Source: Lingula anatina
Taxonomy: Eukaryota; Animalia; Brachiopoda
DNA length: 64,000 nucleotides
Assembly (NCBI GenBank): GCA_051362555.1
Contig: CM120649.1
Span: forward strand, 12,090,001 to 12,154,000
Direction of reading: 5' to 3'
Of this stretch, positions 1 to 13,023 are shown piece by piece. The notes under the pieces were generated by a model. The model saw nothing but the letters and a program-made list of their open reading frames with translations. It was not told the DNA's origin and did not search any database. The position numbers and the translations under genes are program-made. The number at the start of each line of letters is the position of its first letter. Position 1 is the stretch's first letter.

Positions 1-2016
1 CTTTTTACTTTTTTTTACATGTCAAAGTGTAAGTGATCTATTTTTTTTCAGCACAGAAACCCTATGGACAGCTCATTAAAGTTGTTGTGGAACAGTACGG
101 GCCTTTCATTTACTTCTCCAACCAAAGAAAATATGCACTGATATGTAACAATACCCTCTGTAGCTCACTGGTGTGGAAAATGTAGTTTTCCTGTGGTGTA
201 ACCTTTTTCAGTGTCCCGTAACAACCTGTGAGGAGGAGAATGTCTGGGCGGTTTCCCTTTTTTTTCTTCATGCAAGGATATGATTGGTGCTCTAAAATTG
301 TGTAATGATTTTCACTGGTGTCAGTTACCTAACACAGCTACTAGATTTTTCTTCAAGTTGATGCAATCAGGACTTGCCAATGTCCCAGAGAGGTTGCATT
401 TTTTGGCAGTTCTTTTCCTCAAGGGCAGATTGTCTGGGTAGTTTCCATCCATGTGAATTTATCAAGTGCGGCAAATTGTGTAATGACTTTCACTGATGTT
501 TTTGTTTGTTTTTCCAATAGACTCCTTTCTGTATTTCTACTTCATAATGTGTTCTTAAGATTAATTTTGTGAAAGACTTTTCAGTATTATGTTTAGCATT
601 ACTTTTAATGCCTTTTTTTTTAAATTTTGCATTGTTTGTATATGAATATAGTAGATTCATTGCATTGAAATTAGGAAGGGGTGTATCTGGCATATTTTTA
701 AGTGAATTCAAAGGTATGGAATGCTTCCGTCTTTGTGTTTCATTGTTGTCTTGCTTTTGATAGTATTGCATCTTCATTGCATGCCAGGGTGGGAACAAAT
801 CAACTTCTGGTGTTGCACTGCTCTCATTTGCAGCTATGAAGTAGAAAATAGGGTACTGAAATGAACTGTGTGTAAACTTTTGTTAACAGTCTTGCTGCTC
901 AGCAATAAGTGGAAACTACACCCTCTCAGAATGTTTAGGGATGTAAAATATTAGAGCTGGCTAAAAGAAGAATTATTGATTTGAAAAAGTTTGTTCATTG
1001 ACAGGAAAGGTTTTATCAGTAGTTTCTATTTTGAGCATATCATTGCTTCATTTCTAGATAATCTTATTATTTAGTCCAAGTTGAGTTATTTGTAATCATG
1101 AAATCAATGACATGCCTTACTGAAGGAGGTAAACAGATGAAAAGACATTTGATAAGTTGGTATTTATGATTTTTACATTTTAAGGTATCCTGTAAAATGT
1201 AATTATTTGTAAGGTTGGAGATATTGTAGCAACTTTTAAGAAATGTTTGGAAGTCCTGTATATCATGGGCTTACTAAAAACAGGTTATAAAGGCAAAGTA
1301 ATAAGTACTAGTTGTTGACTTCGCCTTACAGTTACTTAAACCTTATAAATATGTGGTAATAGGGGTATTTAATATAAACCCTGTTTGAATTTAAAGTTAC
1401 TGTTATTCTCACATCAAATTTGTCACGTTTTAATGATATAATGTCACCTGATCACCAAACAGATAGGGGAGGATAAAATATTGTTGAATTGACTTAAAAG
1501 ATTTTTGTGATCAAATTTTCAGCTCCGACATTTTTTCAACATGTTCATGTTGAGACATCATAATATTACAGTAAGTGGATGATCTAGAAATATTTTAGTT
1601 AAGGGGGAGGGGAGAAAAATCAAATTTATTTTATCTTATTATTATCATTTTACTTTCTATTTAATTAATTAATTAATTTATTTATTTATTTATTTGTATA
1701 TTTAATTATTTTTGTGGCAGACCGTGTTGGAGTTGAAATGTATGTAAATGCACAGGTCATGACCTGGTCATGGGGCTTTCTTATCCCTCTGTTCATTGCA
1801 GTGCATTCATTCACTATTTTACATTAACCTAGTGTCCTATTGAAAGACAGTGAGAGGAGACTTGTTGACATCTATGTCAGACAGGTAGTTATAACAAGAA
1901 TGTCATAGTAGTAACTGTGTCTCTCATGTTCTGTCTGGAATGAAATACTTTCTCCACCTACCTGTGTTTATATAGATACATATCAATGAGTATTTTTTTT
2001 CTACCAGCTTCCCTAG

Positions 2017-2051
<35 letters not shown>

Positions 2052-4260
2052 GGTGTCTAGCAAACCCCATATTGCCAAATTCCAGCATTGAGCATTGGCA
2101 ATGTTATAAAACCAATATGTAAATAGTGTCTGCATTTCATTTATCACTCTCTGACCCCCCCCCCCCCCCCTCCTGCCCTGTCATGTGCTTCCTTTTTTTT
2201 TCCTTCACTCTTTCTCATGCGAGTTCTGTTTTATGTATGTGTTCTCTGCCTGGCTCAGCTCCAGAGCTGGGTTACTCTGTCTGCTGTGTCTGGATGTAAA
2301 TACTTACTCCATGCACCTCTTGACTTGTGGTCCTATGATAATGCCACGGGAGTCCATATGCTAGATTGGCTAGATTGATTACACTCTGTGCAGGGCCTTG
2401 ATTAACATAGACTGTGTTCACAGATAGACTAATTTGAAACTAGGTTTGCTGAATGAGCACTACTTTGGATGTAATACCCTCTCATGTGGTCCATCATGTA
2501 ATCTGGTCATCTGGTGTAAGTTGATCTAGTTGTGAACACGCCTGGATAATAATACTGGTGGATCTAAACATGTATAATGAGGAACTGAAACTGTTTGTAA
2601 ATTGTGGTGTCCATTACAGGGTTTGCTAGGCTTGTAATACGGAAACTGTTCTCGGAAACTGTTCTCTCTGGAAACTGCTTACTTTGGGATTAATGACATC
2701 ACCCTAAGTCCAGATTGCACAGAAATACCCCTTTTCTTGGAGCTGTTGTACGTCTTTTAAAGTACCAACAGTCTCGGTTTTGCTAACATTCTAACTTAAC
2801 TAATCATCATGATGTAGACAGGACAGCTCTCATATAATCTTACAGTGTGTGAGTGTGTATGTATGTGTGCACATACATGCTGTAGTTGAAATAGCGTAGT
2901 GTTCTAAGATCTTTCCTTTCAAAGTGGCTGACTGTGATGGCTGTGTCTTGGTTCTCAGGGCTCTCAGCTTACCCCACTGCTCAGCAGGCTGTGTAATATG
3001 TAAATTAAATCAAATAGATTAGATTTTATAACACTCTGGCCTTCACAAGGTTCATGGTAAGAACAAAATAGTTTGCTAGGGAAATTTCATCCAGAAATAC
3101 AGAAAATACTTCATGATTAGTATTTGTGTGTGCTTCTGGCAAAAAAATTTTACATACTAAAATTTGATGGTCAATGTGTTGGCCATACCTGTGAATTGTG
3201 GTGAAGTTCCCAGTGAGCTGCTTTCCAGATGCCCTGCTACATGGATGTTTAATATGATGCAGAGGTTAATGTCATGCTTCATGTATAAATGTAGCTGGCT
3301 AATGTATGCACAAAAAATATCATCACTGTGTCTGTGATATTGATTCTTTGTGGAAGAAAATTCTGAGGTGAAAGCAATATAAACTGTAAATATGAAAACA
3401 CGTACAGCACTGATATATAACCCTGCACATCATCACCTCTATTACATATATACAGCAGAGCCAAGGAGAGCCCCCACAGTTTGTTGTTTGGAAAATATGC
3501 TCACTGTGACCATTTCAACAGAACCACTGTTTTGATTTACGTTCACAGCAGAACAGACTTAACACTGGTAAAGATGTCAGGCTGAATCTGGTGTAGAGTA
3601 GGTTTAGAGTTGAACACTAGCCCCACATCTACTGTCCACGTGCATGACCAATTTGTGCATTTACTATAATTCTGAGATTGAAAAAAAAAAAATTGCAGTT
3701 TATAAACTATACTATATAGCTGAAATCATTGAGGATCATGGACATTATAATTGCACCGACCTGAAAATACACCCCCAGTAGTCTGTGTGAATAAGAATGC
3801 TGGAATAAAGCCCCGCAACCTGAATATCAATATATGTTCCTGCAGTCCTATATAAGAGTTCTGGGAAAGAAGCCTTGGAATTAGTATAATGGGTATAAAG
3901 GCTTGTTTTAAGTTCAGAGTGCCATCCATGAAGCAGTGCTGTATATCCACAATACTGGATAGCCATTGACATAATGATATACTCACAGTGTTTAAAAAAA
4001 TATTTTTGCCAATAACAGCCTCAGTATCAGAAAAAGGGCTTATCCAGCATACATCAAAGGGTTTGGATAAAAAACCCCGTTAACTAGCAGAAATCTTAGA
4101 GCTAATGAAAAAGCTCTTACTAGTAAAAGTCAAAAGTGCTTGGGAGGAAATGCTATATATTCAGAAAATGTGATTGAAGTAAAGCTTTAAATCCAACTTT
4201 TTTGTGACGACAATGCTGGGCAATATTAAAGCTCAGTATTTGATAGATGAGACAGAGATA

Positions 4261-4975
4261 GACCCCATTCCCATAGATTTTTGATCGATCTATCCCTGTG
4301 GGGAGTCTCACTAGATTACCGTCAGCTTAGCCGGCTTAAGCGTCTGTCCCGCCTATTAAAAGCTGTAAGGGGGTAATTACCTATGGTGCGCGCTCGGCTG
4401 ACTGCAATTTAGCGTGAACCCCCAGGGAGTTAGGTCAATCTTAATATAAATCTCTGGATCGATCTAAGGGTTCGTTCACACAAAAAATCTATTTTCTAAA
4501 AATCTATTGCGGTATCTTGTTATCACGGTCTTTGCCCTGAATACCCAGTGGCGTAATTACTGGCAGCGCGAGTGAGTTACTTCCAAAGCTTTAATTAATT
4601 CTCGGCTGCACTCGGAGGAGATTCTGACACCTTGACGCATGCGCAGTAGTATCTCTAAGCTGTGGAGTTCATCAGTTCAGTTGTGTTGACTCAAGCATAC
4701 AGACACGTAATATGGCTAGTGGTAGTGCTTGTTGTTGCAAAAAATCGACAAACATATTTTACAAAGCAACCATTACTGCCATTTACTTTCTAACTTCCTA
4801 CTGCGCAGCCGAGAATTAATTACACCTTTGGAAGTAACTCGCTCGCGCTGCCAGTAATTACGCCGCGGGGTATTCAGGGCACAGACCGTGATCATATGAT
4901 ACCGCCAATGGATTTTTAGATTTTTAGAAAATAGATTTTTCATGTAAATGAACCCTAAATCTCTGGGAATACACC
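4261..4975. mobile_element. Family-A MITE (Harbinger-like) interrupted by a second MITE
   Basis: 4261-4467 aligns with 26869-27083. Left end GACCCCATTCCCATAGAT; the degenerate right end (atctctgggaat) resumes after 4958. Confidence 0.75.
4468..4955. mobile_element. PIF/Harbinger-like MITE with long (~140 bp) TIRs
   Basis: GGGTTCGTTCACA...TGTAAATGAACCC; inverted arms ~4468-4610 and ~4803-4955; TAA on both flanks (4465-67, 4956-58). Confidence 0.85.
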
Positions 4976-6825
4976 CATAGATTTAATATATATTTTAAAG
5001 TCCTGAATGCAGAATACATCACCATGCTAGTAGGAAAACAGAAAAGGGATTTATCAGCATTAGCAGTGTAAGACAAAAGTGCTGGAAATAAAGCCCTGCA
5101 ACATGTAGAAATGAAGTCTTGGGCCCTTCAACCAGTGTACTAGTAAGAGAGGCCTGTGAGAGAATGGGGTCACTTCCTGAGCCAGCACAGCGCTGTGGTG
5201 TGTGCACCAAGCACAGTGTATGCATTGAGAGTTGGCCACGTCATGTTGCTGGCTGAGGAGTTTCATGCTGCATATGCTGGTAAGTCGGTACGAGGTTCTT
5301 CATAGCACTGAATACTGTGATCACGTGTGTGTGTGTGTGTTTGCACGCATGTGATAATGTTGTGGTGCCTGTCAGTGCGCATTGCATTCCATTTCTCACT
5401 GCTCATATGATAATGCTTTGACTGGATTTTTCTTGACTCCATGCACTTTGGGGCAAGTAGTTTACTGTGCTGTGTAGTGAAGCCTTTTCTTTGAGAGATT
5501 GAAACTTTTCCTTCAGAAAAGTCTGTATGATGCTGTGTGGTTTTTTGTGACTTACAGTGCTGTTGACCTAACAACTGAATCTCTCTATTATTATTACGAG
5601 GATAAAACTATTTATGATGATTTATACTGGCCCTCAGGGAAGGCCTGTCAAATGGGGACATTTCCTTTTAACATGAGGGACTTTCCCTTCAAAAAAGCTG
5701 CTGTTTGTCTATTCAACAGGTTGTCTTATGTACATTTGTCATTTCTGCCTTGAGACTTTGAATAGATAATGAACATGCATACTTGCTACAAATTGGTACT
5801 TAAGGAATGTCTCCACTGTCTCCTTCCAATATACTAAGAGATTTTTTTTCTAAATGATAGGTGTAGAGGTTGTGAGTCTGCGTGGGTAGATGAAGGGAAG
5901 TCTGTGCATGTTTGTGTGTGCATGCCTGTGTGTGTACTAGTGTGTGTGTGTGCGCACTTGTATCACCTGGATACACATATGCGCATACACACACACTATG
6001 TGGCAATGAAATAAAATGAGAATAGCTGCATCAGTGAAACATATTGGTCAGCGGATTGTTTAGGTGTATTGCTTGTATCCAGGTATTTGTGACTGGTTTA
6101 TACATGCCACATTTTCCCTCTATTTCCTCTCCCCACTCATTCACTCAAGCCTAACATGCTTACATGCACAGACGCTTTACGCCAGTTACAGATGCACCAG
6201 TGATGGATGTACAGTTAAATATATATAAGTAAACCACTGCATGTCCAGGAAGTATAACTTGACCACAGGCGTGTCTGGTCAGTATATCAGCACCTGATAT
6301 CTCTAATACGCATGATGTACCATGGAGATAAATGACATGCCTCCCTGGTTTAACTCACCCCAGCCGTGTTCACAGCCAGTCCATCTTAGACTGAGAGTAG
6401 GCCATATGTTAGGTCTGCTGGTGTCCAAGTTGATTAACATGGGGTTTACTAGTAAAAAATCAGATCTTGATTGGTTGAGGGTTCTTATTTGATTTCTGTG
6501 TCTGCTGATAGATCTATCTGTTAATCTAGATCCTGTCTAGGTTAGACCAGTTGTGAACAGTCCCCTTGGAACTGATAACATACTTCAGAAACCACATAGC
6601 TAGCTAGCTAGCTGCCTGTTGTACTGAATTCCCAGGGACCATGGGCCCGGGACCACTTGTTTCTGTCTCATTTTCCATCTTGAGGTTTAGTGTAAAAACT
6701 TACCAAGCTGTAGCATAGTAGAAACACACTTGGAAAAGTTTTAAGGTAACTATCACATTTGGTCTTATTTTGTGAAATAAGTTCTCGTTAGAAACCAGTT
6801 TGATCCAAGACTCAGTCTTGCTAGG

Positions 6826-6826
<1 letters not shown>

Positions 6827-6909
<83 letters not shown>
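6827..6909. repeat. Compound (TG)n(AG)n microsatellite
   Basis: Seen directly. Confidence 0.95.
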
Positions 6910-6913
<4 letters not shown>

Positions 6914-9900
6914 TTAAGATGAAGGTTACCTGAGAATCACATTGTTACCAATAATAAGAAGTTCATGTTGCTGATATACTTGGTCTTATGTCCTAAAATA
7001 ACTGAAATTGTTTTTGAAAGCAAAAAAGAAATGTTGGATATTATAATTATAAAATTAAAATTGGAACATAAGTAGTTTTGGGTATAAAATAAGTATAAAG
7101 GCAACATGTTAGTTTAGGAATAAATTGAATTGTCTGATTCAGAGCATTGCAAATATTTGGCTACAACTCTACTAGATTGAATCAAACAGTGAAGTCTTAA
7201 TATGATTACTTTTGTTTGGTAAAGCCTTAAAAATGATGTTTAGAAGTACTTATTGATCTAGATTCCAAAATATTTCAGATATTTTAAGTATTTATTTAAA
7301 AATACCCACAAGAATCCTGACAACATAGGGGGGATAATTTTAAAGGTAATTTTCAAAATTGACTTTGCTATCACTGAATGTCTGCAAGGATGTGATATGT
7401 TATCCAGGGGATTCCCTGATATTAGGGGATTTTGTTTTGACCCAATCACATCCTAGTTAGTAATGGTATAGGGAAACCCCTGGTTTCATGGGATTTACCC
7501 TAGCCATATCCCTGCACGGTTCTGTTCTGTGCCATGAGGAATATAGATTAAAGATTTACATGTGAGTGTTATTTTGTTTTTCATTTCATGTTTACAGACT
7601 TTGTTGTTCAACAACTCTACATTTCATGTGTAGCTAAAGGCCAATTCAGTCAGGTCTACTTTTTAACTGGCATTAAGCCAAACTTGCATTATCAGATAAT
7701 TGAAATATAAAGAGATATGATTAGAAGGAAACCTGTATCACTCCTTATTATCTTTCTCTTTGTAATCTGTTCTACAAGCAACTCAACTTTTACCTAATTC
7801 CTGTCCAAAATGGGCTTGTTTAAGCACAATTATGGCTAATATTCATTAAAATCAACTTTCTCGCCATCATTGGTTGATGGTCCAATCTTATTGTCAGGTC
7901 TTAGATTAAATAATTACCTAATTTTGTTGAAAAATACATTTAGGAGACTTCAACCAAGTTGTGAATATTCCCTGTGTCCGTTGCCAAAAATAATAGACCA
8001 TTTTCAATAGGAACCTCTAATTTTCTGTCAGACAGTTTAAATGGTGCTAAAAATTAAATCTTTCCTCAGAAAAAAAGGCTGTAGTCTTCATTCTCTTGAA
8101 GGCAGTTTGCCACAGAGGCTTATAGTTACACAGCTGAGGAGAGAGCTGTGGGATCTGATGGGTGGATATTGACCAGTCTGCAGACAAATTTAGATAGGGC
8201 ACTGACAAGTCTACTGGTCAGTCTTTTGGTCAGTCTCCTGAATCACAAGATGGATGGTGAGCATAGCTTGGACACTGAGCCAGCTAGGATTACCCTAGGT
8301 TCTAGATTCCGGTATTGCCAGCTCGATCTTGATTTCATATATAACCCATATCAACAATACCGGCTCTAGTGACCAGTGGCCATGTTACACCTCCATCCAT
8401 CAAATAGAACTGCTCCGCAGTGAATCTGCAGTTGAATGTCATCAGACCAAAATGAAACGTAAAACAGATTTAATTCTGCTTTATTTAATTTTATTTGCTG
8501 TATTTAAGATGTAAAGTGAAAAAATAAATAATATTCTTCGAACAGAACAGATATATCCAATGTTTTTGTTTTTTGGCTTATCAAAGAACATTTAGACCTG
8601 AGATGTACACGTGCGCAATACACATGCTTGCCATGTGCCAAATTTGACAGCTACACTGTATGCCCGATACCACTATAAGGGCTGCGCAATGGCTACACCA
8701 AAATCAGTTTTTAAAGCAGAATGTTGCTTCTATTGTGGCACTGACCTTCGACTGCAAGATATTTTCAATTCAAACTTCGTCAGGCACTTTTCTTCTTGAC
8801 TCCTCTGCACGAGATAACTTCAGCGCGAGGCGGGAAAGGCAGCTCCAGGCGGCCAAACCTGTGACGTACGAGACTTATGACTTCCAAATATGGATCCAGG
8901 CTGACACAGCTGTGACATGTGACTTCCAAATATGGAAGCGCCCCAGGCAAAATTTTGAAGAAGAACGCCCTCAGATTGTCGCTGTTCGTCAGAGCTAGTA
9001 AAAGCGACTCCATCACAAGGTATATATTTAACAAGCTAGCTTTTACGTTGCTCTGACACTCAGGGTAGCTAGGATAGTCCTTGTCATGATTCACAAAAGC
9101 TGCATTCAGACTAAGTGTGGTCCAGAACAAGCAATGGGTCTGACCTGCTTTGCCAAACTGCCAGATGGTGATATGGCATAGAGAAATGGTTCATCTTTGC
9201 TTAACATGTGTGTGTGTGTGTGTGTGCATGCGTACGTGTGTGCACTTATTTACCTTTGAGGCATGGTGTCTTATTCCTAGTAAAACATTTAAATACCTAT
9301 AAAAACTATTAAATTTTTATCATAAGAATAATGTGACACTTGAGTATTTGTGTAATATTGGGAGCTGATGAGATTAGTTTAATTTCTGAAGTTTTTATGC
9401 CTGAATCAGGGTTTAAAAAATGAGCAAATTTCAGCAGAAGGGCAGATGATCATGTGGAAGTACTCATACAAAAAATTGCACCAATTTAGATAGCAAATTT
9501 GTTCACTGTGCATACCAGACAAGAGATGTAGTGGAAATGTTGTTAATGTTGAATTGATTAAAAATATTTGTGCCATTGCCAATAGTTCAAGGTACATCAC
9601 CAATGCAGTGACCTTGTAGACTGGGCTTTGACTGGTATGTGTCACCCTGCATAGATTAAGTCATGTTCAACATGGGGGGGGGGGGGGGGGGGGCACAGTG
9701 TTATAGTTCAAACTGCAGAAAGGAAATGCCTTGTAAACCCGCCCCACACATTTCATGTTTTCTGTTTAGATTTTATTTTGGAGCACTTGTCCCACTCTCC
9801 TTGATATTTCAAAATTGTAATTGTAATTTTGCTACCATCCTAGCATAACCTTGGAAAATGTCATTAAAGCACCCCTCCCTCCATAAAAATCCTACAGACT

Positions 9901-12719
9901 GGGAAATGGCAGTTTTGTTTTTGTTTTGATCAGTATCCCACTGTGAGATAATAAATGCCTTATCAGTAATGATTTATGTGAACCATGTATGATAATGACA
10001 AGGTTCACATGGTTGGGATGACTAAACAAATATTTTTGAGTTGTTTGCAAATACTAAATTAGAGCGAGTGCATTTTTGATGCACAATATTGAATTTTTTT
10101 TGTAATTTTGTAAGCTGCAGTGAAAATGATACTGTTATTGATATCATTTTATTATTGGTGCTTATGTGAATTGTAAACTTAGTGATTGTGTTTACTGACT
10201 GCATTTTAAAAAAATCCCATGTTGTTTGATGAATGTTCTAATAAAAATGTTATGATCTAATCCTCAAGAAAGAATCCTGTGTCTGGCACTCACATGTACG
10301 GCAAACATTGTGTGGCACTTGCACACATGGTCAACATGGTGAGACAGTCATGAAAGAATGCAACCTTTGTAGTGCTGCTGATAACAACGATGCTTATTGT
10401 ATGAGAGCAGCAATAAAAAATAAACTGTGTGTGGGTGTGTGTGTGTGTGCGCATGCGTATATGTGCACATATTCACATTTGTAAATTAGAGAAAGAGTGG
10501 GGAAAATATGAATAAAAACAGTGTTTGGCAGCCATATATTTGATTAAATATGATCCAAGTTATCAGAAAAAAAATACCAAGTAGATGCAAATAAGTGTTG
10601 ACCTCTGGTCTCCTTCTAAACAGAGAGAGAGTGTCCTTGTCTTTGTCATAAGACGACCATGCAGGATTAGTGGGTAAACAGTGGATTGACATATGCAAAG
10701 GTTTTGGTACTTCATGTGTTTGCATATTTTACGTTAGTGTCTTGATGTTGTTGATTGTAAATATGATACTGGCAGAACCTGATAAATTTGTAGTTATTAA
10801 TATTGATGCAAATATAGAAATGTGTGGGTAGATGTGCATCAAAGTCATGGAGATACCGGTACATTTTTCAAATTCCTTTATAATATAATTGCCCATTATA
10901 AGGTTGCAGCTGCTTAAATGTCTGTAATAAGGAAATGGTTAATGCATTATATATATCTTGGGTATATGTTTATGTGTCAAAAAGTATTGGAATTTCATCA
11001 TTGGGATATAGTTTGAATGCTGCCTTTTGTTGCTTAATGAGGAAATAGGAAATGCTGTTTTATCGTGCTACATTTGCAGCCTACGTGTTGCTATTTTTGA
11101 GACTTGACTGCTTTATTTAAACTTCCTGTTCTGTGTGTGTGTTTGTATGGATCCCCACAGTGCACCAAAGGGAGTCTTACTTCACAATGAAAGGAAACGG
11201 TGGTGGAGATATAAAGATGCTAAATACCTACCTGTTGAATTATGAAACAGATGAGTGTGTGTGTGTGTGTGTATGTGTGTGTGTGTGTGTGTGCACGCAC
11301 AGGCAAATGTGTGTTTGTGGATCCTGACAGCACACCAGAGGAAGGTGTACTTTATGATTAAAGGAACCTGTTGAATTATGAGAGAACAGGAGGATGTCTG
11401 GGGCATGAAAGTATATAATATGAGATGTTAAATGAAAAAAACTGTTGTATCGGCCCTCCAGCTCTGGGGATATAAAAAAAATAAGAGAGCAATGAGAGGA
11501 AATCAATTCGTTTGAAAAGTGAATGTTTGTGCGTGTGTCTGTCTTGTATGTGCAAGCTTGCATGTGTGTGTAGAAGAGAGAGCGCGAGGGGGGAGGGGGG
11601 GGAGAAAGATCAGGGTCTGAGTAGGGCAAGAATCTGTAGATTTAAGTCCAAAACTGGTAATCTGGCAGAAAGGGTGCTGAGTTCAGAGGAAATTCTCTAG
11701 CAACACCCAGATGTATATCATCCAGTTACTACCTGTTCACAACCACTGGAATGTGATTGGCAACCACAGTCCCTGGCCAAAAGTTATGTATGATTCATTC
11801 ACTCCAGTTATGACTGGGTAATTTGGTTCAAGGAAGGTTAAAACCAAGTTTTGGTTATGCTTATATGCCCATGACATTTTCATAGCATTGCTAGCAAATT
11901 ATTTTACCTATGCCAGTATTGTTTATTTCCCCACTGTCTTGGAATGTAATTTTTTTCACTGAAAGAGTGGTTTTTGTTGGTATGAATAAAGATATTGATG
12001 TACTGTGATAACGTAATGATTCTTTGAAAATTGAAAATGTTCTAGGGAATTTCTGTCTCCCTCCTCTTCCTCTTCCCCCCCCCCCCCCCCCCCCTTCTTC
12101 AATCTACAGGCAGGCCACCATAAACTTCCTCTCCTCATCTTTCACCCCTATATAACAGCCAACTTCCACCCATACTACTACAAGTCACTCCCAAGTCTAG
12201 ACTAAACAGCTTACAGTAAGTTCAGGTATAGAATGCCAGAGGGGGAATCGATCTTGGTGACATCACAGTGGGGCAGTCCAGCATGCATAAGCCAATAAGC
12301 CCAGCATATTGCACATTCTTCAGCATTACCTCTGTTATTCTATCACAAATAGAGCACTGGTAAATATTTTGAAATAAGTGAAAGCTGACACTTTATCAGT
12401 GATTACAGTGTTGACCTCTTAAATTAGACACAGTCTGTGTGAAAATGCCTTCGTTGATGAAGTGGCCCCAGCTCATATAGGGCCCAAGTTAAAACTGGAG
12501 CTGGTCAACAGTTCAAGTAGTGACTAATTTGCAATCAGTTGTGGCTTACTGATTTGCCAGCAGGTCAGTTACTGTGTGAGATGATTGCATTTTGTATTTT
12601 TAAGTTAGAGATTCCTTGTTTTTCTATTAAAAATTCAAAATGTTAAAAGACTTTTCTAAGAGAAAGAGAGATGGGAAGGATAATTGCTGTTTTATGGCCA
12701 ATTTTGACACTTAGTGAGC

Positions 12720-12961
12720 ATTCCCATAAAGCCATTGTACCAGCTTGAACGATCTAACTCTTTGGGGATTCTCGCTAAATTGCATTCAGCTTAAGCGGCT
12801 TAAATGTCTTGCACACATATTCAAGCAGCTAGGGGGAACTTAGTGATAGTCAATTACCCCTTAGTTACTCAAGAGGGCGAGTCAGACAGTTAAGCTGATT
12901 ACACTGCGAGAAGGCCCGCAGAGTTAGATCGATCCACCTTATACGATTGGTTTATGGGAAA
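12720..12961. mobile_element. Family-A-related MITE (diverged)
   Basis: TTCCCATAAA...TTTATGGGAA ends, inner GATCTAACTC/GAGTTAGATC pair, and a segment matching the reverse complement of ~4397-4435. Confidence 0.65.
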
Positions 12962-12965
12962 CTTC

Positions 12966-12970
<5 letters not shown>

Positions 12971-13020
<50 letters not shown>
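12971..13020. repeat. (AT)25 microsatellite
   Basis: Seen directly. Confidence 0.95.
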
Positions 13021-13023
<3 letters not shown>

